A stretch of 64,000 nt of DNA from the IMG/VR virus record IMGVR_UViG_3300021387_000688, one strand, 5' to 3'. Below are positions 27,824 through 37,267 of the stretch, piece by piece. How positions within the stretch are numbered: the first letter of the stretch is position 1; the number at the start of each line of letters is the position of its first letter. This DNA comes from a virus (Duplodnaviria; Caudoviricetes). Under the pieces are notes generated by a model. The model saw nothing but the letters and a program-made list of their open reading frames with translations. It was not told where the DNA came from and made no database searches. The position numbers and the translations under genes were made by a program.

Positions 27824-28306
27824 TTAGAAATAAATCTTGAAGAACTTAATATGTTCTTCTGGCTGATAAAATTCAACTCTCCAACCTGCTTTAAGGAGGT
27901 AAAGTCCAAGTTCATGCATTATATTATCTGCCAGGATTCGATAATGTTTGTAATGCTCTTCATCGGTTTCTTCCCATTCATGATGAACCTTTTTGTGAGT
28001 AAGTTTCTGCCAGAATGTTTCCGGCCAATCCCCTTCCCGTTTAACTTTCTTTTCTTCATAATCAAGGTTGTTAAAAATGTAAGAATAATAGAAGAAGCAT
28101 TCTGGGCGTTCAGCTGTTTTTGCAGCTTCTTTAATTTTACCTAAAAGTAAATCAACTGGATGAACTTTACAATGTTCTGGATAGAAAAGATTAAAATCGA
28201 TGATAATATTGTCATGCGCCTTGAGATGGTTGTTATCCCAAATAGTTTTTGCATCTGATGGAGACAAGTAAGTTTTGTTTAATATTTCTGTTTTCTTTTT
28301 AGCCAT
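27824..28306 (-). CDS. Hypothetical protein
   Basis: AAGGAG RBS. Confidence 0.7.
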   Translation of the reverse strand: MAKKKTEILNKTYLSPSDAKTIWDNNHLKAHDNIIIDFNLFYPEHCKVHPVDLLLGKIKEAAKTAERPECFFYYSYIFNNLDYEEKKVKREGDWPETFWQKLTHKKVHHEWEETDEEHYKHYRILADNIMHELGLYLLKAGWRVEFYQPEEHIKFFKIYF

Positions 28307-28317
28307 TTAACTACTCC

Positions 28318-28563
28318 TTAAAAAGCTGGATATGGGATATTGAGAATTGCCCAACCTTCTACACCACTATCCAATAGTGTAATTGACATGTCATCCTTTC
28401 TTCTGTAATTGAAGTTATCAAGGAAATCAATTTCAACTACCTTTCTTCCATTTAAGTTTTTTGCAACTGCTACATATGCAAAAATGTCGGTACCTGACGG
28501 CATAACATTTCCTTTAACCCACTGAATTGTAGTCATTCTTGTAGATGTAATCATTTCTTTCAT
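28318..28563 (-). CDS. Hypothetical protein
   Basis: ATGA coupling. Confidence 0.65.
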   Translation of the reverse strand: MKEMITSTRMTTIQWVKGNVMPSGTDIFAYVAVAKNLNGRKVVEIDFLDNFNYRRKDDMSITLLDSGVEGWAILNIPYPAF

Positions 28564-28856
28564 AATTCCCTCATCATCTTGTCGATGACTGTTTTATCCC
28601 CGTCTAATAGACATCCCCAATATTTATTTGTTTCAAGAAATTCGCGAGCCTCATATTCAAACCAGTCGTTTTCTTTACAGTAGACTTCTACCTGATTAAG
28701 AATTTCAGCTTTAAAAGGATCTGTGCAATGAAATCTAGAACTTGCATTCAATTCTCTTCTCCAAAACGATGCCCTTTTATACATATCGTCGAAGTTATTT
28801 TTTATGCTCTGTAATAGGCCTATTCTATTACTTCTTATTTCGTTTGGCTCTGTCAT
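28560..28856 (-). CDS. Hypothetical protein
   Basis: Overlapping array member. Confidence 0.65.
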   Translation of the reverse strand: MTEPNEIRSNRIGLLQSIKNNFDDMYKRASFWRRELNASSRFHCTDPFKAEILNQVEVYCKENDWFEYEAREFLETNKYWGCLLDGDKTVIDKMMREL

Positions 28857-29205
28857 CCATTTCTCCCATCTTTAACCCTGCAGCTTTTTCCATAGCTTTT
28901 GCACAATCACGTAGTTTACAAAGTCTTTTGATTTCTTTTTCCTGCTCGATGATATCTCTTCTATTTTCATCTACGTTACAACCCCAACCACCACCGCGAT
29001 ACATGATCGACTTCTTCATATAACGAAGTTGGGCTCTCATCAAATTGATTTCCTTTGCATATTCAGCCCAAGACTTCCTTACAACCATATCCTGTTCATT
29101 TGGATTCAAACGAACTTCTCTTGGTAGCTCGTCGTTAAAGAAGTCTCTATTTTCCTGTTCATAATCTGGAAGGTTACCCCAATCTAAATCCAAATCGTCA
29201 TCCAT
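28828..29205 (-). CDS. Hypothetical protein
   Basis: TAATG coupling. Confidence 0.7.
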   Translation of the reverse strand: MDDDLDLDWGNLPDYEQENRDFFNDELPREVRLNPNEQDMVVRKSWAEYAKEINLMRAQLRYMKKSIMYRGGGWGCNVDENRRDIIEQEKEIKRLCKLRDCAKAMEKAAGLKMGEMDDRAKRNKK

Positions 29206-29528
29206 TATTCATTCTCCTCGTCATAATCTTCATCGTCATAATCTTCATCGTCCCAGCCATCGAAATCAGGAGACTGTTCCCAGTAATCATTAATCTTGTC
29301 AACCATTTTCATTGAAACACGAAGCAAGTGATTGTAATCAGAAGACATTGCATCTTTTGTATATGCAGAAACCGCATCGGAATCAAAAAGCTTCATTGCA
29401 ACTTCATCTACTTGACCTTCATAATCTGGTTCTTTTGCATCCCTATAAGCTTCTTTCATCCAACGCGAAACTGTACCCATCACGCACCATGCGTTACCAT
29501 TTACTCCAACTAATGTTTTCTTTTCCAT
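29205..29528 (-). CDS. Conserved phage-type hypothetical protein
   Basis: LVGVNGNAWCVMG...AMSSDYNHLL; start at MEKK with GGAGG RBS; acidic tail. Confidence 0.7.
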   Translation of the reverse strand: MEKKTLVGVNGNAWCVMGTVSRWMKEAYRDAKEPDYEGQVDEVAMKLFDSDAVSAYTKDAMSSDYNHLLRVSMKMVDKINDYWEQSPDFDGWDDEDYDDEDYDEENE

Positions 29529-29797
29529 TAAAATCCCTCCGCATTCTCGGCAGCAGAAACCTCTGCACATTCATAACCTTCATCGAATCCTACACTACGA
29601 ATCTCATCGAAGAGAGCTTTACCAAATTGTTTTACATCCTCGTCACGATTAGTTAAAACATTGATAGGAAGATTGAAAGTAAGGAGGAAACTTCTCAAAT
29701 TGGAAGTTACCCAATTCTCAATCTCTTTTTTAGAATTCTGTTGCAGTGATCCCCACTGGATATCTGCATCTGGTATTTTTGAAAGTTTGAATGGCAT
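29528..29797 (-). CDS. Hypothetical protein
   Basis: GGAGG RBS. Confidence 0.7.
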   Translation of the reverse strand: MPFKLSKIPDADIQWGSLQQNSKKEIENWVTSNLRSFLLTFNLPINVLTNRDEDVKQFGKALFDEIRSVGFDEGYECAEVSAAENAEGF

Positions 29798-29798
29798 T

Positions 29799-29951
29799 TT
29801 AGTCCTCCATTGCTCTTACTTCGCAATGTTCTACAATATCAAATAAAAGATCGTCCAATTTGGCAGCGTCTTTATTTAATCCATTTGATTTCAAAATAGA
29901 AATTATTTTTTCACCCATTTCGGAAATGCGTTCAATATCTGTTTTACTCAT
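29799..29951 (-). CDS. Small protein (50 aa, not in track), predicted leaderless
   Basis: MSKTDIERISEMGEK...AMED; CTATAAT-N6-ATG. Confidence 0.65.
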   Translation of the reverse strand: MSKTDIERISEMGEKIISILKSNGLNKDAAKLDDLLFDIVEHCEVRAMED

Positions 29952-30003
29952 GATAATATTATAGCTTTTTCAAGGTTTCGGGTTGTCAACTAATTTCAAT
30001 AAT

Positions 30004-30384
30004 ATGAAAGAAATGTTAGAAAAATTAAATAAAAATCCTATCGACTGGTGTTTTAATTGTGCAAGTATAGGAATGAAAGATGTTAAGAAATTAATGTTTA
30101 CTTATATATTTGTAAACTATGTAAGGACTTTAGGAAAGGGAGTTTATTCGTTTTTTGAAAATGGAACCGGTGATTCTTTTATATTTTCTTTCAAGCCGGG
30201 ATTCCTAAAAGATTGGGATAATGTAGCAATAAATAAATCTAAAAACAAGAAAAGTTATTATAAGGGATTGATTCGAATTCTAGATGAACATCTACATAAC
30301 TGCGGAGTAAATAATTATTGCAAATATTATGTAGATGTCCACCATGGGGACTTATCGGTATTGATTACCTTACAGTTTTCTTAA
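30004..30384 (+). CDS. Hypothetical protein (late-type promoter)
   Basis: ACTAATT at 29989-29995, 8 nt before ATG 30004. Confidence 0.6.
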   Translation: MKEMLEKLNKNPIDWCFNCASIGMKDVKKLMFTYIFVNYVRTLGKGVYSFFENGTGDSFIFSFKPGFLKDWDNVAINKSKNKKSYYKGLIRILDEHLHNCGVNNYCKYYVDVHHGDLSVLITLQFS

Positions 30385-31495
30385 TAAAATCATATTGTGC
30401 ATTAATTCTATGTTTCAAATCCTCTACATGTTTCTCGGCATCTTGTTTCTTTACCTGCAATTGATGTAAAGCATCTTTTGAAGGATCATTTAAAAACAAT
30501 ATGGTGTATAACCCGATATCCCTTGCCCTTGATTCAATTTCCTTTTTCTGATTTTCAATTAAATAATCTAAACGGTAAACTGAAACACTGGCTTCAATCA
30601 ATTCGTCATAGAGTTCTCCTAAGTCGTCTAATCCTTTGAAAATCTTATAACGGTTGTATTCTTTAAGAGCATCGGCTTTTGCTTTAGCTTTCTCATCTTC
30701 TTCGCATTCCTTTGATTCAGTCTCTTCATCTTTATGGAAATGAAGTTTATAATCTTCTTCTACTTGTGCAATTTCGTTTGCCAATGAAGTTCGGATTGGA
30801 TTCTCTTTATCCACGCGGATTCCAATTCTTTCCAAATACTGGAAAATCAAAGGAGATAAGTTCGTTCTGACACCGTTGAGGGTTTTAGTCATATTCCAAC
30901 TGCTATTATAACCATCTTCGTAACCCCAAGTTACTCTAATTTCCATTCTATCAAAGAAGTTAATTTTATGTAATGAATGCATTGAAGCTTCGTCGTTAAG
31001 TTCTTCAAGAATCTTTTCAACACTCTTAGGATTAAGTGTAACGAATACGCGGTAAAGTGTTTCGTCATCTTTAATCTGCATTTCAAAAGTTTTAGGTTCT
31101 AAAGTCATTTTCTTTTCCTCTTTACATTCTCTATTAGGATAAGGAACTTCCACCCTATTAGAAGTTGCTTCTGTCATTATAGTTTCCGCAATGTTTTTAG
31201 TAATGTCTCGAACTATGATGTCGGAAAGTTCATCATCGTCAATTCTGCAATAAATGTCTTCTTCCCAACAACTTGGAGCAATAAACAAACTTCTCTTTTC
31301 GTTATTCTTTACCAAATCTAAAAGCATTGGCTCTGAGAGACTTTTACCTATAAAGTAAGGTATTACTTCTGAATCCTCATAACCTCCTTCTATAGAAGTC
31401 TTTCTAACCATAACATCCCATTTACCATCATCAAACTTCAACTTGGCTGTATATTTAACTGGACCGTAGTTTCCTTTGATTATTTTTTCCATCAA
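30365..31495 (-). CDS. Hypothetical protein (376 aa)
   Basis: CTATATT at 31511-31517; AAGGAG RBS. Confidence 0.75.
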   Translation of the reverse strand: MMEKIIKGNYGPVKYTAKLKFDDGKWDVMVRKTSIEGGYEDSEVIPYFIGKSLSEPMLLDLVKNNEKRSLFIAPSCWEEDIYCRIDDDELSDIIVRDITKNIAETIMTEATSNRVEVPYPNRECKEEKKMTLEPKTFEMQIKDDETLYRVFVTLNPKSVEKILEELNDEASMHSLHKINFFDRMEIRVTWGYEDGYNSSWNMTKTLNGVRTNLSPLIFQYLERIGIRVDKENPIRTSLANEIAQVEEDYKLHFHKDEETESKECEEDEKAKAKADALKEYNRYKIFKGLDDLGELYDELIEASVSVYRLDYLIENQKKEIESRARDIGLYTILFLNDPSKDALHQLQVKKQDAEKHVEDLKHRINAQYDFIKKTVR

Positions 31496-31524
31496 TTACT
31501 CCTTAAAGGAAATATAGAGAAGAA

Positions 31525-31550
31525 AAGCCTCTTCTACTTCGAAGAGGCTT
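31525..31550 (-). terminator. Terminator hairpin
   Basis: AAGCCTCTTC-N6-GAAGAGGCTT. Confidence 0.7.
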
Positions 31551-31579
31551 CAACTTTTTTAATTGTATACAATTTTTAA

Positions 31580-32515
31580 TTATCTGTAGTTATCAATTTC
31601 AGTATTGAATTCCTGAACAAATTCTTCAAAAGTATCTACGGCCCATTCAGAAACCGGTACAGTATTATCTGAAACATAGTATAAAGTTGCATGAACTTGA
31701 TTATTTTCGTCTAAGTGGAATTCAATAAAAATACCTAATTCATCTTCGTTGCTATAGATTTTAGAACCTTCTTTAGTTCCGTCATAAAGCTCTCCGCCAA
31801 TTGTAGGTAACAACTTTTCTATATAAGCCATACAGTTGTCGAAGACAAATGATGGATCTTCGTTAGGGTCTCTTGAACCGATTCCGGATTCTCCTACTAT
31901 AACTGTTTCTGCCTCATTCTTATAACCTCTTTCGAAAGCTATAAGTTTAATACCTGCGGCACCTTCTCGCTGAACTGCTGGAACCCAACCTGCTAACAAA
32001 GGTTCAATTTCTGCAATGATGTCTCCTGGAGCGGCTTCCTGAGATTCATAAGTAAATACTACATAATCTGAATCGAATGGGTAGTTACAATCAATTGACT
32101 TATAACGAATGTTATGAGAGATTTCTCCTTTACGATCTGCATTCATAATAGAACGTTCAATATTGTCACACAAATCGTAAACGGTAGCTGAACTTTCTTT
32201 TAAGTTACCTTTTGACTTCTTTGATTCTTTCAATGATAAGGCTGTGGCTTTGTCTACAATCTTTCCCCAGAATATACCAGTGAATGGGAATTTATCCCAA
32301 TCCAATACATCTGTTAAAACCTTTAAGGAACTTACATCGAATCCGGCCCCCATATTATATCTAATTTCAGATAATAAATCTTCAGCCAAGTCATCTAGTT
32401 TCGAATGAGGGTTAAAAGTTTCTCCATGCAATTCTGCATTCTTCTGCTGCCATTCAACACTATTCAAAATGCTCTTAAAAATCTTTTCAAAATCTTTATC
32501 TAATTTAACCTGCAT
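31580..32515 (-). CDS. Putative internal head protein
   Basis: ACTAATT promoter (32537-32543); LKES..LKES sites; acidic. Confidence 0.5.
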   Translation of the reverse strand: MQVKLDKDFEKIFKSILNSVEWQQKNAELHGETFNPHSKLDDLAEDLLSEIRYNMGAGFDVSSLKVLTDVLDWDKFPFTGIFWGKIVDKATALSLKESKKSKGNLKESSATVYDLCDNIERSIMNADRKGEISHNIRYKSIDCNYPFDSDYVVFTYESQEAAPGDIIAEIEPLLAGWVPAVQREGAAGIKLIAFERGYKNEAETVIVGESGIGSRDPNEDPSFVFDNCMAYIEKLLPTIGGELYDGTKEGSKIYSNEDELGIFIEFHLDENNQVHATLYYVSDNTVPVSEWAVDTFEEFVQEFNTEIDNYR

Positions 32516-32548
32516 TGTTTACTCCTAATAATAAAAAATTAGTAGTTT

Positions 32549-32842
32549 TTAAGGAAGTTTGTATTCCCCGGATTCGTCTGGATATAAATGAATTAGGTTT
32601 TTCGTTCCTAGTAATTTGTCAAGGGGATTTTTCCTGCTCGGACCTTCTTTTAAAATATCTATTAGTTCTTCAAAAGGTTTATTCAAATCATAAAACCAAC
32701 CGGATTTCCAATCATCCGGTATTAAAATACATTGAGAAATAGGGACTTTATAAAGTTCAGCTACTTTGTGGGAGGGTATATAATGTTCTTGACCATCATT
32801 TATGGAGTTTACGTACCCTCCAAACACTGCATATTTTTTCAC
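32549..32842 (-). CDS. Hypothetical protein
   Basis: GTGA coupling; YAVFGGYVNSINDGQEHYI. Confidence 0.7.
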   Translation of the reverse strand: MKKYAVFGGYVNSINDGQEHYIPSHKVAELYKVPISQCILIPDDWKSGWFYDLNKPFEELIDILKEGPSRKNPLDKLLGTKNLIHLYPDESGEYKLP

Positions 32843-33141
32843 GATACGTATACCTTATTACCATCAATATCGTAATATTTGTTGCGATGTTTTCTGAGCA
32901 ATTTAAGTTCATCTACTGCATCGTACCACTCTGTATAAAATCCCATAGGACGATAAGCTCTATGAGTAGAAGGTGTATTAAGAATTTCCTGTACTTTGGT
33001 TATATCCAAATTGTCAATTGGTTTCAAATGCTCGCAATGAATCTCATTATCATAAGGATAACAATTATCTACTGTACCAATAAAAAGATGGTCCCCTTTT
33101 CTAGCGGCGTCTACACAAAAAGCAATTTCGCGAAAATTCAT
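32839..33141 (-). CDS. Hypothetical protein
   Basis: TAATG coupling. Confidence 0.7.
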   Translation of the reverse strand: MNFREIAFCVDAARKGDHLFIGTVDNCYPYDNEIHCEHLKPIDNLDITKVQEILNTPSTHRAYRPMGFYTEWYDAVDELKLLRKHRNKYYDIDGNKVYVS

Positions 33142-33374
33142 TACGCTTCCTCCTTAATACGAAGTTCAGAAACATCCCACTTATCTTCCATGCACTTGAG
33201 GGCAAACTCAGGAGTAACATCTTTCCAGAAGCCACCGTCTCCGTGGTCATCCCAATACTGAATTGTTTTACCGAGCAATGAAGCTGCAAGCAATTCTGAA
33301 GCCCTTTTAGCTTTTGCATCCATCTGTGCCCATACATTGGCCATCAATTTTGCAATTGTCTCATTTGCTTCCAT
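33141..33374 (-). CDS. Hypothetical protein
   Basis: GGAGG RBS; GKTIQY...W...RIK pattern. Confidence 0.7.
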   Translation of the reverse strand: MEANETIAKLMANVWAQMDAKAKRASELLAASLLGKTIQYWDDHGDGGFWKDVTPEFALKCMEDKWDVSELRIKEEA

Positions 33375-33388
33375 AATTGTCCTCCTGG

Positions 33389-33676
33389 TTATTTATCAAG
33401 CTTTGAATATACAAAGTTATGAATGTTCTTCATATGTTTTTCCCGAGCTACAGGATCATTATGCCATGGACCTATAACATTAAATTCAATAGTTGAATAA
33501 ATACTTTTACGTGAAATCCTTTTTTCTGCAAGTTTTGCTTTCCAATTTGCAAGTGTTTCTTCTGGAATTGTGTCAAGTGTAATTGCTTCGCCAGTAGACT
33601 TTAGTTTAAGATGTCCAGCCTCTGCCTTAACGATTGCTACTGCGATTGAATCCCTAACGTCCTTTTTTGTTGCCAT
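33389..33676 (-). CDS. Hypothetical early protein
   Basis: First gene after conserved promoter copy 2; GAGGT RBS. Confidence 0.75.
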   Translation of the reverse strand: MATKKDVRDSIAVAIVKAEAGHLKLKSTGEAITLDTIPEETLANWKAKLAEKRISRKSIYSTIEFNVIGPWHNDPVAREKHMKNIHNFVYSKLDK

Positions 33677-33689
33677 ATTTCGTACCTCT

Positions 33690-33730
33690 TGATAATAATA
33701 TAGCTAAACCCGGAACCCTGAATTTCTAAA
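33690..33730 (-). promoter_or_regulatory. Conserved early-type promoter (copy 2)
   Basis: Minus strand GAAATT...TTCC...TTAGCTATATTATTATCA. Confidence 0.7.
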
Positions 33731-33742
33731 AAGGCAAAATAA

Positions 33743-33766
33743 TACTCCTATTTTTCAATAGGAGTG
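33743..33766 (-). terminator. Terminator hairpin
   Basis: ACTCCTATT-TTTC-AATAGGAGT downstream of 33773..34468. Confidence 0.6.
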
Positions 33767-33772
33767 TTTTTA

Positions 33773-34468
33773 TTAAATCCTTCTTAAATGATCTTTTGAA
33801 ATCCAACCCGCTAGATATAAACCTACTACTATGTCTCTACCGTCGTAAGAATCTTTTCCTTCTATAGTTATAATATCCTTTGCGGTTCTTCCTAAGTCCG
33901 TTATTGTACCGTATTCGACGGGATTGTCTTTGTCTTCCCAAATTTCTATTTTATCATAACGGTTATTTACATAAGGGATTTTTCCTTCTTTAACATATCT
34001 TTCTGCAATCTCTTTACATTCTTCCATAGAAGGTACATACAATACGGCAGATTTTACATGACGGGAACCTGTAACTTTATTTTCATCCCCTTCATGTCTA
34101 AACTCTACTAAGTAGTATTCTCTTACATCGTTTTCACTTGGCTTTTTAACTTTAGCACTTCCTATAAATTTCTTGTAAAGTTTTTCTGCCAATTTTTTAA
34201 CTTCTTTAGGGTCCTTATAGATTTCTAATGCTTTTTTCCTTAAGTATGCTTTTGAGGTCATCTGTACAACATTTTTATCTGTATATTTTACGACTTCCTC
34301 TACACTAGTCATGCCTTTATCATATACGGCTTCTTCTACTTTATTGGCTATTTCTGTATTAAGACTGGTCCTGAATTTAAATTCATTACCTATATACTCT
34401 ATTGAGTCCATGTAGAGTTTATCTTTATCAATGTTTGCTACTTCAGATTCTCTTATTATTCTAGCCAT
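33773..34468 (-). CDS. Putative internal head protein
   Basis: N-terminal IIRES site; second gene of an ACTAATT unit. Confidence 0.5.
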   Translation of the reverse strand: MARIIRESEVANIDKDKLYMDSIEYIGNEFKFRTSLNTEIANKVEEAVYDKGMTSVEEVVKYTDKNVVQMTSKAYLRKKALEIYKDPKEVKKLAEKLYKKFIGSAKVKKPSENDVREYYLVEFRHEGDENKVTGSRHVKSAVLYVPSMEECKEIAERYVKEGKIPYVNNRYDKIEIWEDKDNPVEYGTITDLGRTAKDIITIEGKDSYDGRDIVVGLYLAGWISKDHLRRI

Positions 34469-34470
34469 GA

Positions 34471-34878
34471 CTAATCTCCGTAAGTAATATTAGGTGCCCA
34501 AGTTTTTTCTTCGAAAGGTTCATCACCCCATTTGACGCCTGGGTTTTGTTTCTTTGTAGGGAATGGATCATCCCCATATTTGATTCCAGGAGTCATAGAT
34601 TTCTCTGGGAAAGATTCTCCATATTTAATGCCTGGCTTATGTACACCGTTTTCTCCGCCTTTTGCATCCCAAGAAGCGAAAGCAGCTTTTCTTCTTCTAT
34701 TACGAATATTGCCACCATCGTTAAATTCATCATTCTCTTCGTATTCAAAAGGTTCTTCTACATCTTCTCTTAAGGCGTTTTCTTTTAGATATTCTTCTTC
34801 CCAATCATAGTCATTTTCAGCTTCTTTAAAAGAATATTCTTGAGTTAAACGTTCTATATCTTTTTGTAAATCACTCAT
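34471..34878 (-). CDS. Putative internal head protein with PGIKYGD repeats
   Basis: ACTAATT-N6-ATG; FKEA, LKEN, LRED sites; four C-terminal repeats. Confidence 0.55.
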   Translation of the reverse strand: MSDLQKDIERLTQEYSFKEAENDYDWEEEYLKENALREDVEEPFEYEENDEFNDGGNIRNRRRKAAFASWDAKGGENGVHKPGIKYGESFPEKSMTPGIKYGDDPFPTKKQNPGVKWGDEPFEEKTWAPNITYGD

Positions 34879-34893
34879 AAACTTAATTAGTAA

Positions 34894-35898
34894 CTACTTT
34901 AGTATCTCAATAATCCTTACGCCGAAGTTTTCATCTAATACAACTACTTCACCTTTTGCAATAGTTTTTCCATTGCATGTAATGTCACAAGGTTCTCCTG
35001 CCAACTTATCGAGTTCGATAATTGTACCTTCTCCCATTTTTGAGATTTCTTTCAATGTTTTAGAAGCGGAACCCAATTTAACTTCTATTGGCAACTTAGT
35101 ATCCATTAAAGGATTTAATCCAATATCTTTAGGGGCGGTTTTAATTTCTTTTTCTCCGTTAATTTCTTTCATAAGTTTTTTTATTATCCTCCAATCAAAT
35201 CCTATATTAAAAAATCCTTCTGATGTAGATTTCTCATCAACCTCTGCACGAAATTCGAAAGTTAATAAGCAATACATTTGGCCCATTTCTAATGGAGACT
35301 TATCTGAATGGTAAGGGTCATCAAAATATTTGATTTTATTTATAGTAGGTGTTTTTAAGTTTTCATAAGAACTGAATGATTTCTTCAACAAACGAAGAAT
35401 AGGATGGAGTACAAGTTTATTATACTTTTTAACTTCTGTAGAAGTAAGTACTCTATTTGTCATTTTAGCTTCAGTTGGTTTACCTTTTGACAAAACAGGA
35501 GGATTATGAATTCCGCACAGATCAAAAACTATAAAAGGATCAATTGAAACAATCATTTCTTGATTATTAAAGTTGCAAACAGTAAAAGGAGAGGGGCAAG
35601 GAAAACTTCTTATACATTCTTCATAGGTTAGTTGATCTACAGAATCTATATGAATATGCACATTGTCTTTTCCATATTGTTTAGAATTAAATAAAAGAGA
35701 TAACTTTTTGGCAAAAAGTTCCCCGATATTAGATACTCTCCTTAATTCTTCTCGAGAAAATCTATCGGGCCTTTTGAAATCGTATATTTTAATTTTTCTA
35801 CGACGATGTTCGTCCATCTCTTCATGATCGTCGTCTCCTGAAGATATTGCTTTCAATAATTGATCTATTTCTGCTTGAGATAATGGTTCTGATCCCAT
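34894..35898 (-). CDS. fliM: Flagellar motor switch FliM-like protein fused to a FliN/FliY-type SpoA domain
   Basis: [10 protein letters not shown] (CheY-P-binding peptide), [27 protein letters not shown]; C-terminal [16 protein letters not shown]...[16 protein letters not shown]. Confidence 0.9.
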   Translation of the reverse strand: MGSEPLSQAEIDQLLKAISSGDDDHEEMDEHRRRKIKIYDFKRPDRFSREELRRVSNIGELFAKKLSLLFNSKQYGKDNVHIHIDSVDQLTYEECIRSFPCPSPFTVCNFNNQEMIVSIDPFIVFDLCGIHNPPVLSKGKPTEAKMTNRVLTSTEVKKYNKLVLHPILRLLKKSFSSYENLKTPTINKIKYFDDPYHSDKSPLEMGQMYCLLTFEFRAEVDEKSTSEGFFNIGFDWRIIKKLMKEINGEKEIKTAPKDIGLNPLMDTKLPIEVKLGSASKTLKEISKMGEGTIIELDKLAGEPCDITCNGKTIAKGEVVVLDENFGVRIIEILK

Positions 35899-35917
35899 CT
35901 TTTACACTCCTACTTAT

Positions 35918-35949
35918 AATATAGAAAAGCCTTCCACTAGGAAGGCTTT
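35918..35949 (-). promoter_or_regulatory. Terminator hairpin abutting the CTATATT promoter of the fliM-like gene
   Basis: AAAGCCTTCC-ACTA-GGAAGGCTTT (35926-35949); CTATATT at 35918-35924; AGGAG RBS. Confidence 0.65.
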
Positions 35950-35969
35950 ACTTAAAAGTAAATTAAAAA

Positions 35970-36389
35970 TTACTCCTCTTCTGTTTCATCTTCAAGGTCT
36001 TCATCCTCGGCTTCGATTTCTTCCTCTTCTTCAGGTTCTTCACGAACTGGGGCATCTACTGGATTACCTTCTAACGCAGCTTTGAATTCATCTACGAACA
36101 ATACTGTGTCGTCAAGGTCCATATCCAATTCTGCATATTCACCTGCCCAAGCTTCAATCTTATCTCCCTGACTATCTTTTGCAGTAATCTCATAGGCTTC
36201 CGGGTCCATTGTAAACTCAAAATTCAATTCTGCTTTACCGCAATCTGCAAACCAGTTTACGGCAGAGTTGGAAAGTCTCTGTACAGTTATATCTTCTCTT
36301 CCTAGTTCGTTAAGGAAGTTCAATACCCTTGCTCTCATCTTGGCATTGTAGTTACCTAAGCGCGCTTCCTGTATACGTTCTTTTCTCAT
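35970..36389 (-). CDS. Putative internal head protein (acidic)
   Basis: ACTAATT at 36410-36416; AAGGAG RBS; IQEA and VREE sites. Confidence 0.5.
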   Translation of the reverse strand: MRKERIQEARLGNYNAKMRARVLNFLNELGREDITVQRLSNSAVNWFADCGKAELNFEFTMDPEAYEITAKDSQGDKIEAWAGEYAELDMDLDDTVLFVDEFKAALEGNPVDAPVREEPEEEEEIEAEDEDLEDETEEE

Positions 36390-36415
36390 TAAAGTCTCCT
36401 TTATAGGATAATTAG

Positions 36416-36631
36416 TTATTTAGAAGAGAATTTAATAGTAACTGTTTTACTTAGATTGTCTACTTGATAATCAAATGCAGGGTCTTTAAGATGCAAATCT
36501 ACATTTCCGTTCCCATTAAGGATTTGAAATTCTACATCATGCAACGATAACCCCTCGTTAGCCCAAAGTTGGAAAAGATTAGCAATACCTGCTACTGTTA
36601 ATTTTTCAGACATTTCTCCTCCAATAATCAT
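36416..36631 (-). CDS. Hypothetical protein
   Basis: Array member; probable start at MSEK. Confidence 0.6.
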   Translation of the reverse strand: MIIGGEMSEKLTVAGIANLFQLWANEGLSLHDVEFQILNGNGNVDLHLKDPAFDYQVDNLSKTVTIKFSSK

Positions 36632-36717
36632 CTCTATTCTTCATATTAGATACATGATCCATGTATACAAAGATGCATACAAATACAAATGCCATTCCCA
36701 ATGCTAATGAAATCATA

Positions 36718-36927
36718 TTAATTCTCCTCCATTTTACAAGCTTTATATCCTGCAATAAAACTTTGACGGGCTTGCAATTCCTCACAAGGATCATCAAAGA
36801 ATTTATTACTACTATACTTCTTCCAAGCTAATTCTGCTTTCTTTTGAATACTTGCAAATTCTCTTATTTCAAGAGGTTGCTTAGTTTTTACCTTCTTCGA
36901 CCCATTCGAGAAAAATCCCATCTTCAA
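36718..36927 (-). CDS. Hypothetical protein
   Basis: SFIAGY pattern typical of small phage proteins. Confidence 0.55.
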   Translation of the reverse strand: MKMGFFSNGSKKVKTKQPLEIREFASIQKKAELAWKKYSSNKFFDDPCEELQARQSFIAGYKACKMEEN

Positions 36928-37267
36928 ATGCTCCTCTTTCTTTTCGCTTTTTAATTACTGCTTCAAAAACCTGCTTAGTAGATATGTTAAAGGCTTTCAA
37001 AGCATTTATATAAACTTCAAATAGGTCTGCCATTTCTTCTATAAGTTTTTCATATTCGGCGTCCCCATGACCTGCTTCAACACCGCAAACATGATCAAGC
37101 CATTCCCATGCATTAAAAACTTCTTCAGATTCTTCTTTAAGTTTCTTTGCAATAGCTCTATCGTAAGCAGAGCCTTTTACAACTTTTGCTTTAAAGGAAA
37201 GTCCTTTACCAATAATAATGTTAGGAATCTTATCTCTTACAAGTTTATTATAAGTTGTCTTTTTCAT
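36881..37267 (-). CDS. MazG-like / phosphoribosyl-ATP pyrophosphohydrolase-family protein
   Basis: YNKLVRDKIP...KLKEE..E...EEMADLFEV...KRKERGAF..GIFL. Confidence 0.85.
   Translation of the reverse strand: MKKTTYNKLVRDKIPNIIIGKGLSFKAKVVKGSAYDRAIAKKLKEESEEVFNAWEWLDHVCGVEAGHGDAEYEKLIEEMADLFEVYINALKAFNISTKQVFEAVIKKRKERGAFEDGIFLEWVEEGKN

Noticed and set aside
3807-35898. Bacterial chromosome origin suggested by groEL, fliM and the ligA fragment
   Set aside because: Each is isolated, diverged and embedded among terminase, baseplate and dense small phage ORFs sharing the same promoter motifs; there are no bacterial operon neighbours.
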